Source: Nageia nagi (Eukaryota; Plantae; Pinophyta). Taken from it: a DNA stretch of 64,000 nucleotides. Numbering within the stretch: position 1 is the first letter of the stretch; each line of letters opens with the position of its first letter. The stretch spans positions 40,238,001 to 40,302,000 of the forward strand of contig JBITNC010000001.1 of the NCBI GenBank assembly GCA_050084985.1, given 5' to 3'. A program made the position numbers and the translations under genes. The notes beneath the pieces were generated by a model, which ran no database searches, was not told the DNA's origin, and saw only the letters and a list, made by a program, of their open reading frames with translations. Positions 1 through 10,659 of this stretch are shown piece after piece.

Positions 1-669
1 CAAATCTACCTCAAGATAGCATGGAAAACTAAGAATGTAAATAATATTACATGTATAATTATTCATTCTCATAATAATGTAATAAGAGTCACTCATACTG
101 TTAAACTATTTACAAGTTTGAATGCATAGAAAGTTTATGTTGTAAGGGTTTATTCATAAGTGTTTCATAATATCAAAGAGTTTTAAGGGCATATTTTAAC
201 TATAGCTATAAAGAATATATCCTCTAATAATAGAGTTCTATTAAACTATATCCTTGTGCAACATAATATTATCTCCACTAGAATATTCTCCATGTTTGAA
301 ATTTCCTACTTTAATATAAGTATTTGAAAGTAGAACATAAGATGTAATATATTTAGGCTTTGAAAAAAAAAGGATTATTTCCATAAATACTCTTAGTCCT
401 AAATTCTTATGATTTTCAAGCATTAAGTAGAGATATGCATACATCCATTTCAAGTTCCATGGGAATTGTGGTAATGATATTTAAATATTCCTCAAGATAG
501 CATAAACAACCAAGGTGGTTTGCAATGCATGCATAATGCTAGAGTCTTTTTTTAAAAAATTATTTTATGCATATCTTGCAATAATTGTAGTCTATGATAC
601 TATATTTTCATAATGCATATTATCAAACAATTCTTAGTATCTATGCATTTGAATGTTTATATTTTATTG

Positions 670-2319
670 TAGGAGGAAATTACAACTTGACAATATGCAA
701 AGTGAAACTCTCCTCAAGAAAGGAAATAGAAAGATATGATAGATAATTGAGTATGTTATAAAAAGTAAGGATCTAATAATAGATAAGTTGTGTACTAATA
801 AGTACTTGAAATTTATTATTATTTTTTAATAGTAACTTTGATTTGGGAATATTATAATTGATTGTGGTCTTGTTGATGACTATGGTGAATTTTAGAAACA
901 TTGAACGTTAGATGCATGCGATCTTATCTAGTGAGTGAGGAAGCCAAAAAAGATGAAAACTAACATAATTGAATATAATGGAGATAATAATATAAATGAT
1001 GAATTGAATTAATATTTAGCTAAAGAACCTAATGATGCTTTGGCAAATGATCTTGATGATGCTTTGGTTGATGAGATTGACTATGCTTTGGCTCATGAGC
1101 TTGATGATAGTTTGGCCAATGAGATTGATGATGGTGCCCAATGTATAGGTGATTATGTTAGGTCATCACATATTTCAAACTCTATAAATTGAATAATTAG
1201 AGGTACAATATAATTATTAATGAATGTGAGCAACATATATAAGGTGAATATCATTGCCAATCTACTTAGACAACCCATTACATGAAACACCTTGATATTT
1301 TCATCTTTTTGAAGGATAGTAGTGAGGGATCTTGTCTCTATTGCCTATAAAAATTAGAAAAGAATGCCAATAAATGTTAAAAACTTATTATTGGAAAATG
1401 GTTAAGGTAACTTAAATTTCACATTTTCCACTTTTGAATATTTATACAAATATTACATTGAATAAGATAATGGTTTGATGTAGCAAAATATATAACTTTT
1501 GATAGAATGAGGAAATGGTGATAATGACCAATGTCAAACCATGGCATAATCATAAGAATTTACTTGTGAAAAAGTTATATAATAAGTATAATAACAAAAA
1601 TATATACTTACACATCCCTCACATCATCTACCATAAGTATATTAGGATGTATTTTTGAAAAGGAGAAGCAACACTAACTTTGAGGTAAGTAATACTCATT
1701 TTTGTTATGGTAGTTCATATCATTGTTATATTCATGTGAATTTTATAAATCATCTTTCTCTACCTAATGGATTTATATACTATTTTCATCATTACATCCT
1801 AAGAGATTAGGTAAAGTAAAAAATAAAATATATCTTATCGATCTATTATGCACATTATCGATAAAAAAATATATGTTCAATTGTAATATAAAATGGTATT
1901 TTATCATACTCATCCATTATATGTGACAAACATAGATATAATATTTTATCATATGACTTATCTCTATGTCTCTCCAACTACATATCCTTGCATACAAAGA
2001 GATAAATAAATTAAAAAATTTTACTACTAAGGGTACTTGTGTAGATAATAGCTCATAAAAAGAAGGATGAATCTTTTATGATACTATAAGTTGTATAAAA
2101 AATTACAAGTGACATTACATTAACAATAGTAACTTGAAACCATCATCACATCATTTTTTAACATATTCCTAGTTAATTATGCACATAATATTTTCATAAT
2201 GATGTAATATTAGTTACATTTGGGATTTTTGTAAATCAAGATTTTATGAATGATGCCCTTGCCCAGGTTTTAGGATCCAAAAGAGTGGGTTGAGTTTAAG
2301 GTGTTTACAAAGGTGTATC
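670..2319 (+). pseudogene. Decayed, spliced CACTA/En-Spm TnpA-like gene, 5' part (Transposase_24/Ptta-like)
   Basis: Manual translation: 1241-1405 KVNIIANLLRQPIT*NTLIFSSF*RIVVRDLVSIAYKN*KRMP (GQPI..FSSFLG..R..PI.Y..W pattern), followed by a GTAAC donor. An exon ends GAG|GTAAGT at ~1685. 2248-2319 NDALAQVLGSKRVG*V*GVYKGVS matches DALAQVLG..GRVRG.G.G with CGA codons decayed to stops. Confidence 0.7.
1030..1135 (+). repeat. 24-bp tandem repeat (~4.5 copies) encoding acidic DDALAxEL-like octapeptides
   Basis: gatgctttggcaaatgatctt / gatgatgctttggttgatgagatt / gactatgctttggctcatgagctt / gatgatagtttggccaatgagatt. Confidence 0.8.
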
Positions 2320-3721
2320 TGATGAGACTCAAAATAGTCTCATTTTTGATGCATTTATTTAATGTTTTAAGGACATTTGGAACATTATTATGCCTTGAAT
2401 GATATTACTAATTGTTATAAACTATCTAATTTAATATTGAATGCATATTTGTTTGATCTTTCATTTATTAGTGTTATTTGTAATTTTGATGCATGAAAAT
2501 TACTATTTGTGTTTGAATAATGTTTGCTGAGAACATATTTTGATTCCTCATAAGAATAATGGTTGCAAGTATCAAGTTTCTAGCTCTAGAGTAATCTGAT
2601 TGAGAGATCCAGAAAGCGACTTAAGTCTAGCTCTAGAAAGTGACTCAAGTCTGGCTCTAGAAATTGACTTAAGTCTAGCACCAAAAAGTGACTTAAGTCT
2701 AGCTCTAGAAACTATTTCTAGGCTCAGTTCCAGAAACCATGGCTCCAGAAAGGCTCCTAAATTATGGCTCTAGAAAGGTTCCTAAAATGTAGCTCTAGAA
2801 AGGTTCCTAAAATGTAGCTCTAGAAAGGCTCCTGAATTATAGCTCCAGAAAGGTTCCTGAAATGTAGCTCTAAAAAGGTTCCTAAAATGTAGCTCTAGAA
2901 AGGCTCCTAAATTATAGCTCCAGAAAGGTTCTTGAAATGTAGCTCCAAAAAGTTTCCTAAAATGTAGCTCCAAAAAGGCTCCTAAATTATAGCTCTAGAA
3001 ATATAGAAGAATCAGACATACAAAGTTAAGATGATAGCTACATCAAAGATAAAGAAGAAATGTGGATCAGTTAGAGAAATTAGAGGAGCTAGAGAAGAAG
3101 TTAAGTAGACTTATTTCAATTTGGAACTAGTCTTAAGGACAAAGTAACTAATTCTATTCTAGACTTGATCTTTGCAGAATTATCTCTAGAATATTAGCAA
3201 ACAGTGTAGGATAAGATGGATTGTATGACCCAAATGAATAGATCAAGTAGGATATATTTAGAATGTTTAGTTAAAAAGCATTAATGAGCCTATTAGAATA
3301 AATAAGAGACTTTGTGATAGAAAAGGGGGTGGGCTTTTGTAATCAAATTGTATCAATTCATTTGGAAAATCAGTAAAATAGTGTGACAGTTCTTCAACAT
3401 TATGTTTAATTGTGAGTCTCGACTGGGAAGAGGGGGCCCACTCCTACTGGTTGAGGTCTCTTATTTGTTTTCATGTTAATTTCCAATTTTATATAAGTAT
3501 TTAATATTAGCTTAGTGTGAGTGTTTAACTCCATTTCCTTCAGTTTACTGCAACTTTATCTTTTTATTTTAATTCCTACAAGTTTGAATTTAACATTATT
3601 GTGTGATTGCAATTTGAATTTTTCAAGTAGAACAAGGGATAAAATAGAGTCCTCAACTGCATATAGCCTTGTACACCAACTCAGGATTGACAAAATTAAA
3701 TGATGAATTGATGCCTCATCA
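2320..3721 (+). repeat. 5' LTR of Athila-like element (1402 bp)
   Basis: Matches 13243-14643; about 7 substitutions and 1 indel in the first ~140 bp; TG...CA ends with a 7-bp terminal inverted repeat. Confidence 0.96.
2610..3000 (+). repeat. Tandem arrays in the 5' LTR U3: ~24-bp unit (gacttaagtctagctctagaaagt), then ~25-bp unit (agctcyagaaaggytcctraaatgt/ttat)
   Basis: Directly visible; about 4 copies of the first unit and about 10 of the second. The same array is in the 3' LTR. It explains the repetitive spurious ORFs 2782-2973 and 13462-13689. Confidence 0.9.
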
Positions 3722-3725
3722 TTTT

Positions 3726-3743
3726 TGGTGCCATTACTGGGGA
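3726..3743 (+). promoter_or_regulatory. Primer-binding site, Athila type (tRNA-Asp-related)
   Basis: TGGTGCCATTACTGGGGA, 4 nt after the LTR end; differs from the Athila PBS TGGCGCCGTTGCCGGGGA only by transitions. Confidence 0.85.
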
Positions 3744-3937
3744 AGGTGTTAGTTAGGACTAGTGACAACAATTCTTGTAGTAGGACTCCTACCAGTACCA
3801 TAGTAGAAATTATGTGTAGCCATGTTTCCTCAAAGGGGATCTTTGAGTGGTCTCGAGTAGCAGCCATACAAGAGTTCTTTGATCAAACTATTTTGAACTT
3901 ACTTAGATTTGTTTTCAAATTTAATTATTTAGAATGA

Positions 3938-5850
3938 ATGAATAGACCTAGAGATGAGAGGGGGAGATTTATTAATAGTAGAGGTAGGAGTAGTAGAGGT
4001 AGAGGTCACACTCCAATAAGACCCCCCAAAGAAGACCTATTGATTTAGGTAGAGCTACCTCATCACAACAAGCTAAAATTGTTGAGGAAAGTCCTAGTGT
4101 TATTGAGCAATCTTTATCAGCTAAAATTGAAGAAAATTCATAGTCACAATCATCAAAAGAACAAGATCCTAGACATCTTGAAAAAGAATTAATTGAAGAA
4201 AAAGCTCTTGAACAATCTACAGAAGTTGGTGTTTCAGAAAGTCAAGTACAAGAATCTATTTTTAGTAGTCCAAAACCAAGAAGATTTGTAAGATTTTTTG
4301 AAGTTTCTTCACCATTACACATCTAGATTCCTTTAAGTGATATAGATTTTGAAGCTGAAAGGGAAGAAGCAAAAAGACCTTTTGGAATTTTTAGTGAAAC
4401 AAGCTTCTTTCCTAAAAATTGGAAAGCAACTTTTGTCAATCCATTATATACTATGTCAGGAGGTACGGGTAGTACTACTACTACTAGAGGTAGTGGGGAG
4501 GAGGAGCAAATCCATAAAATCCAAATAGGACCTTCTCTTTTCCCATCCTAATTGCTCCAGGAGTTGATGCCCCAATGAAGAATATTTCACCATTAGTGTT
4601 ACCCAACTTTAGAGGTCTTCCAAATGAAGATCTTGATCAGTTCTTGTTTGAATTTATAATCATATGTAAGACATATGATTATGAATTAGATAATCAAAAA
4701 GTTGAAACTCTTTCCTTCTACCTTGAAGGATAATGCAATGAGATGGTTCATGGGACTTCCACCAGATTCTATCACCACTTGGGTAGAAATGGAAAAATTA
4801 TTTTTCGAGAAGTATCAAGAGTATTGCAGAGTCAAGGATAGGAAAGATGAACTATTCAGAATTAAGCAAGAAGAAATAGAAAGCTTGGAGGATTATTTGG
4901 ATTGGTTCCTTTTTGTGCAAAAAAGGGTAGGAACTAACCTTGATCCTAATTTTGTTAAGACAATATTTTTGAGAGGATTTTTAGAATCATCCCTTGATGT
5001 TTTGAATCTAATGGGAAGAGGAAATATCTATACATTAGATTTGGATGAGATTATTGAGTTGTGCACAAATTACTCAAGGACCAAAACTCCTACTCGCAAG
5101 ATGAAAGTTCACACTAAGGATGGTGTGGTTAGTGAACTTATTGAAGAATTGGCCAATTTCAAAACTAAAATTTTGTTGGAATTGAAGCAATTAAAGGGAG
5201 CAATAAATAAGGTAGCTAAAGCAAAAGATCCACAAGACTCTCAAGACTCATTAGCTGTCTATTGTCCAAGGTGTAAGAAGAAGCATGCACTTCATGAATG
5301 TCCTCTCAACAAGATAGAAATATGTGGATTATGTCAGCAAAATCATAAGACAGATGACTATGAATGTTTAATAGTAGCCTAAATGTCATTGGCAAGTATG
5401 ATAAGAGATGCAAGCTATGTTGCACCAAGAGGAAACAATAATTTTCAAGGCTCCACAAGGCCTTATTTTCAACCTTGGTGGAATATGAAGTTTCCACCCA
5501 ATATGATGCCATATCCTCCATGGATGTCAAATCAGGATTGGACATAATCCGGTTAAAATCAATAGTGGGGAGGACCATGGAATAATCACTCTAGTTGGAA
5601 TCAGTCCAATTGGAATCAAGGAAGTCATCCAAATTAGAATCAAGGAAATCACCCAAGTTGGAATCAAGGAAATCAATTTGGTTAGAACCAAGGAAATCAA
5701 CAAAGAAAATGGAGTCAAAACACTCAATAATAACAAGCATTATTACCAAGACCAACTCAAATAAGTCAATGCCAAATACTACCAAAATAGCCTACACTTC
5801 CAGCATAACCTATTCCAAATCCCAACAATAGGCAAGCCACCTATCAAATT
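3938..5850 (+). pseudogene. gag: gag (Retrotrans_gag core with two CxxC-H-C knuckles), frameshifted
   Basis: ORF 4702-5382 KLFPSTLKDNAMRWF...ITTW.EMEKLFFEKY...IKQEEIESLEDY; CPRCKKKHALHEC and CGLCQQNH; upstream LPNFRG..NED motif in another frame. Confidence 0.88.
5577..5715 (+). repeat. 24-bp tandem repeat in the gag C-terminus encoding WNQGNHPS-like units
   Basis: tggaatcaaggaagtcatccaaat / tagaatcaaggaaatcacccaagt / tggaatcaaggaaatcaatttggt / tagaaccaaggaaatcaa. Confidence 0.85.
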
Positions 5851-6129
5851 GATTAGAATGATACTACCTCAATTAATGTCATACAATGTGATGAGATTCA
5901 ACTAAGATTTGGAAGGAAGATAATAGAATTTGCTCCACTAGTAAAAATAATAGATTTGGATCCACTAGTAATCATAAAGGTAAATAATACAGAATCTGAA
6001 CACATTATTGAAAGTCTAGCCCAAAAAGTGGTCCAAAAGCAAAAGGAAGAATAGATTCCATATCTTGAAAGGTTAGTAATCAAACTAATTGAAAAAGAAT
6101 CTGAATTACTTAGAGAATTAAAAAAGCTC

Positions 6130-6700
6130 AATATATCCATTCCAATGTTACAAGCAATTCAAGAAGTTCTAGAATTAAACAAGCTTGTGAAAGAGTTATG
6201 CATTAGAAAAGGAGGAAGAAAGAGGAAAATTTATCCAAAAACCATTCATGTAGATGGTAAGGTGGCTGAACTACTATCTGGTAAGATAATTAATCCCAAG
6301 TATAGAGATCCTGGTACTCTAATTATCACATATATATTAAAGGAACCAAAATTCCAAATGTATTGATTGACTTGGGAGTAGTAATTAATGTTATAACTAT
6401 AGACTTGATAGAGGAATTATCATTATCAAAGATCAGACCAACAATAATAATTTTACAATTGGCAGATCAGTCTACAGCTACACCAAAAGGAGTAATTGAT
6501 GATATACAAATCACTATAGATTCATGGGAATATCCAACAAATTTTTTGGTATTAAAGATAAAAGGAAATAATGGATATCCTGTAATCTTAGGTAGAACAT
6601 GGTTAGGAATTGCAGTAGCATTTATCAATTGTAGATTTGGAGATACGATAATTTTTAATGGATGAAATATGAAAACTATCTCTTTGTATCCTCCTGCTCA
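6130..6700 (+). pseudogene. Aspartic protease region of pol
   Basis: PKYRDPGT; IDLGVVINVI (D-x-G site); LQLADQS..PKGVIDDI; YPVILGRTWL (ORFs 6145-6366 and 6363-6665). Confidence 0.88.
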
Positions 6701-7174
6701 ACCTGCTCTTGAGTACCAAGGATAGTTATGGATTGTTGAACCTGAACTTGATGGAGCTAAAATATTTGCAGCCTTGGCCACAATTGCAATTCAAGAACAT
6801 GTGGAAGAACTGGAAGAAAGTCCTAAGGAAATAAGTTGTGAACAACAAATGGGAGAGCTAAAAGAAGAAGACCAAACTTCATCATTGGTAAGTTTTCAAG
6901 TTGTCTTTAACATACCAATTGATGGTCAGACTCACTTTTTATCAGCATTCAGATGTCCACTTACCCATATTATGGCAAAAGGAGAAGCTTTTAGAGAAAG
7001 ACAAAAGTATTTCATTCATTATTCCCACATCATTGTCCTTTGAATTCACTAGTTCAACTTCTAGATCAGAGCAGTTTAATTGCATCAGGAATGAAATCAG
7101 TTTAGATCTTGCTTGGAAAGACACTCAACATAAGTAGCTAGCTAACTTCACAAGAATAAGAAGACACAATCAAA

Positions 7175-8017
7175 ATGTTGAGAGCTCACACAAGAGCATT
7201 TGCTTGGGACTACTCAGACATGAAAGGTATTCATCCTAACATTTGTACTCATCATATTTATATAGATGATTCTAAGCCTGTAAACCAACCTCCTAGGAGA
7301 ATAAACCCATCTCTTAAAGATATTGTGAAAATAGAAATAGAAAAGTTATTGAAAGTAGATTTTATCTATCCTATTTCTAATAGTAGATGGGTTTCACCTC
7401 TAGTGTTGGTACCAAAGAAAAATGGAAAGTGGAGAGTCTGTGTAGACTATAGAACCTTGAATAAAGCCACTCATAGGGATCATTTTCCCTTACCATTTAT
7501 AGATCAGGTGTTGGATAATTTGGCTAAAAAGAAGTACTTTTCATTTTTGGATGGGTTTAGTAGTTATAATAAGATAAAGATTGCAATAGAAGATCAAGAG
7601 AAAACCACTTTTACTTGTCCATGGGGAACATTTGCTTATAAAGTTCTACCTTTTGGGTTGTGTAATGCACTTGCAACTTTTCAAAGAGCTATTCTTGCCA
7701 TATTTTTAGATTTGACAAATGATTGTGTGGAGGTTTATATGGTTGACTTCACAGTCTATGGAAACACATTTAAAGAAGCATTGAAAAATCTAGAAAAAGT
7801 GTTGGTAAGATGTGAAGAACATAATTTATCCCTCAGTTTTGAGAAATGTTTTATGATGGTACAAGAGGTAATTGTACTGGGACACCATATATTAGCTCAA
7901 GGAATTCATGTAGATCCAAAGAAAGTGGAAATCATTAAACAACTTCCAATTTTAGAAACTCAAATAGATGTTAGAAGCTTCCTAGGACATGCTGGTTATT
8001 ACAGAAGATTTATCTAG
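7175..8017 (+). pseudogene. pol: Reverse transcriptase, catalytic YMDD mutated to YMVD
   Basis: 280-aa ORF: AFAWDYSDMKGI, WVSPLVLVPKKNGKWRVCVDYR.LNKAT..DHFPLPFIDQ, FLDGFS.YN, PFGLCNA, VYMVDF, RSFLGHAGYYRRFI. Confidence 0.96.
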
Positions 8018-8673
8018 AATTTTAGTAAGATTATAGCTCCCCTCTTTGCATTACTGCATAAGGACATAGATTTTGAATGGATAGTTGATTGTGAAGTAGC
8101 TTTTGAGTCTATCAAAGACAAATTGATGATAACTCCAATTTTGAGAGGACCAAATTGGAGCCTTCCTTTCCACATCCATACTAATTCCTCTAATTATGCT
8201 ATTGGAGCAGTTTTGGGACAAGAGGAACAAGATAAGTCTCACTATGCCATTTACTATATTAGCAAGAATTTGGTAGGAGTTGAAAGAATTACACTACCAT
8301 AGAAAAAGAATTTTTGGTAGTAGTATATGCCATAAATAAGTTCAAACATTATATTACTAGATATCAAGTATTTGTACACACTGACCATGCTACAATTAAA
8401 TATCTAATGAACAAGCTAGTAGTAAGCGGAAGGATAATCAAATGGTTATTACTTTTGCAAGAATTCAATGTTACAATTATTTATAAACCTGGTAAAGCTA
8501 ATTTGGTGGTAGACTTCTTATCTAGATTGAATATGGATAGAACTGATGATCTTATGGAGGATTCCTTTCTAGATGAAAAACTTTTTGCTATCTCAGTACA
8601 ATCTCCTTGGTTTGTAGATATAGCAAACTATATTGTCATAGGTAAAACTCCTCCACATTACTCTCCAAAATAG
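8018..8673 (+). pseudogene. RNase H (gypsy type)
   Basis: PFHIHT.SS.YAIGAVLGQ; IYYISKNL; VVYAINKFKHYI; TDHATIKYL; WLLLLQEFN; KPGKANLVVDFLSRL. Confidence 0.92.
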
Positions 8674-9860
8674 AAAAAGGGTTTGATAAAAGAAAGTGCA
8701 TCATATAAATGGGTGAATGGAATGTTGTTTAAATGTGGTCCTAATCATATTCTTTGAATATGTCTTAGAATAGATGAAGTCTTTGATATTTTTAGAGCTT
8801 GTCATGATGAAACCTCTGGAGGACATTATTCTACCAAGAGGATAATTCAAAAGGTATTAGATGCTAGATACTATTGGTTATCTATGCATAAAGATGTGAA
8901 GAAATATGTGGATCAGTGTGATCAATGTCAAAGAATGGGCAGGCCTACTGTGACAACTCAAATGCTACTTCATCCCCAAGTTGTAATTGAACCATTTGAA
9001 CAATGGGGAATGGACTTTGTGGGACCAATTAGTCCACTCTCATGAGGTAAGAAGCATATTCTAGTTTTTACAGATTACACTACTAAATGGGTAGAAGTAT
9101 GTGCACTTATGCAAGCAAGGAAAGATAAAGTAGCAGATTTTCTATATATAAACATTATGTAGAGGTTTGGAACTCCAAAATTTTTAGTATTAGATCAAGG
9201 ACCTCAGTTTATGTCTCACATGATAAAAATTTTGTTGATCACTATCAGATTACACATAACAAAGCTTCCCCATATCACCCACAAACCAGTGGTTAAGTAG
9301 AAGTTACTAATAAAGAATTAGAAAGGATCTTAACCAAAAGTGTTGCTTCACATAGGAAGGATTGGGTAAATAGACTCCTTGAAGTTGTATGGGCTTATAA
9401 TATCACATGGAAGTCCACAACAGGACTTTCACCTTATGAATTAGTATGTGGAAAGAAACCACTCTTACCAATAGAGTTTGAAATTCAGACTCTTAGAATA
9501 CCTTTAGAAGTGGAGATTGATTTGAATGAGGCCTATAGAGATAGATTGATCCAATTGAGTGCATTAGATGAGCAGAAGATGGAAGCTTTACATCAAACTA
9601 AAATCATTCAGCAACAAAGAAAGATATGGCATGATAAGAATTTTAGGAATATACATTTCAACCCAAGGAATTAGGTTCTCTTGTTTGATTCAAAATATCA
9701 AGATTTCATGAGAAAATTACATACAAGGTGGCTTGGACCTTACAACATCTTGCAGGTATTCAATAATGGAACTATTTAACTTTAGCTAATTGATGGGTCT
9801 AGAAGAACCATGTTGGTCAATGGGCATCAACTTTGACCTTACATTATACCAATGAATAAA
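8674..9860 (+). pseudogene. Integrase (HHCC, core, GPY motif) with stops and frameshifts
   Basis: CHDETSGGHY...CDQCQR; FEQWGMDFVGPI; DYTTKWVE; DQGPQF; PYHPQTSG*VE; WLGPYNI. Confidence 0.92.
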
Positions 9861-10099
9861 GAACAATTCATTTAGCACTTAAGGATAGCAGATTTGGATT
9901 TGATTGAGGAAGGATCTTCTTCCTCATACAAATCAAATTGATCAACTTTCAAGTAAGAATAAAGATTGAATCTAAATCATCAGAGTCAGTTAGGACTAGT
10001 CATGGTCCTTTAAAAAAAAACACAAATAACAAAAATATGGAATAACAATGTATGTATAGAAATGGATAGTTTAAACTCTTTCTTCTAGCATCAAGAAGC

Positions 10100-10230
10100 A
10101 TTCTAGACTAGCTCCATAAACTATTTTATGACTAGCTCCAGAAACTAGCTCCAAAAACTATTTTGTAACTAGCTCCAAAAACTATCAAGCATAGCTCTAT
10201 AAAGTGTTTTGAATCTAGCTCTAGAAAGCA
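10100..10230 (+). repeat. Short degenerate repeats (actagctcca(g/a)aaact) between pol and the 3' ORF
   Basis: About 6 copies of the AGCTCYA core, the same core as the LTR array. Confidence 0.65.
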
Positions 10231-10659
10231 TGATACATTAGCCTCATAATTACTATCAACTCCAGAATATTCTCTCTCACATGGTCATTATCATCAGCAT
10301 GATTTGGAGTCCATCTGCCATCTAAGGATGTGGCATGATAGGTATGCATTTAATAATTAAATTGATAGTTAAATAATTATGAAATCATTTAAGTCATGAT
10401 AAGTGTTCCAAGGAGTAAATATTTGATCAAGCAAAATAAATGCAAAGGACACCATTTGTAAATTTTGGTACATCAAATGCATGAGAAGTTAATGATACAC
10501 ATCATTAATATTAATGTGAACAATTCAAGGTGACATGCACAAGTAAGTTGAAACACGTAGACATGTTTTTTACATGCATGCACCAAAAGGAAATTGATCA
10601 CATTAAGCTCTAGAAGCCAATTTGCCAGAATTCAGATCCAGAAAGCATTCAAATTCAAA

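Noticed and set aside
2610-3000. CRISPR-like array of ~25-bp repeats
   Set aside because: Units are head-to-tail with no unique spacers, there are no cas genes, and the array is duplicated as part of both LTRs.
3521-3937. ORFs 3521-3703, 3556-3867 and 3725-3937, and the copy at 14443-14628
   Set aside because: They lie in LTR/PBS sequence, have no recognisable motifs and are duplicated only because the LTR is.
7175-8017. Active reverse transcriptase, or a prokaryotic RT system (retron, DGR, group II intron)
   Set aside because: It is a typical gypsy RT within gag-pol; the catalytic motif is YMVD and the surrounding frames are broken.
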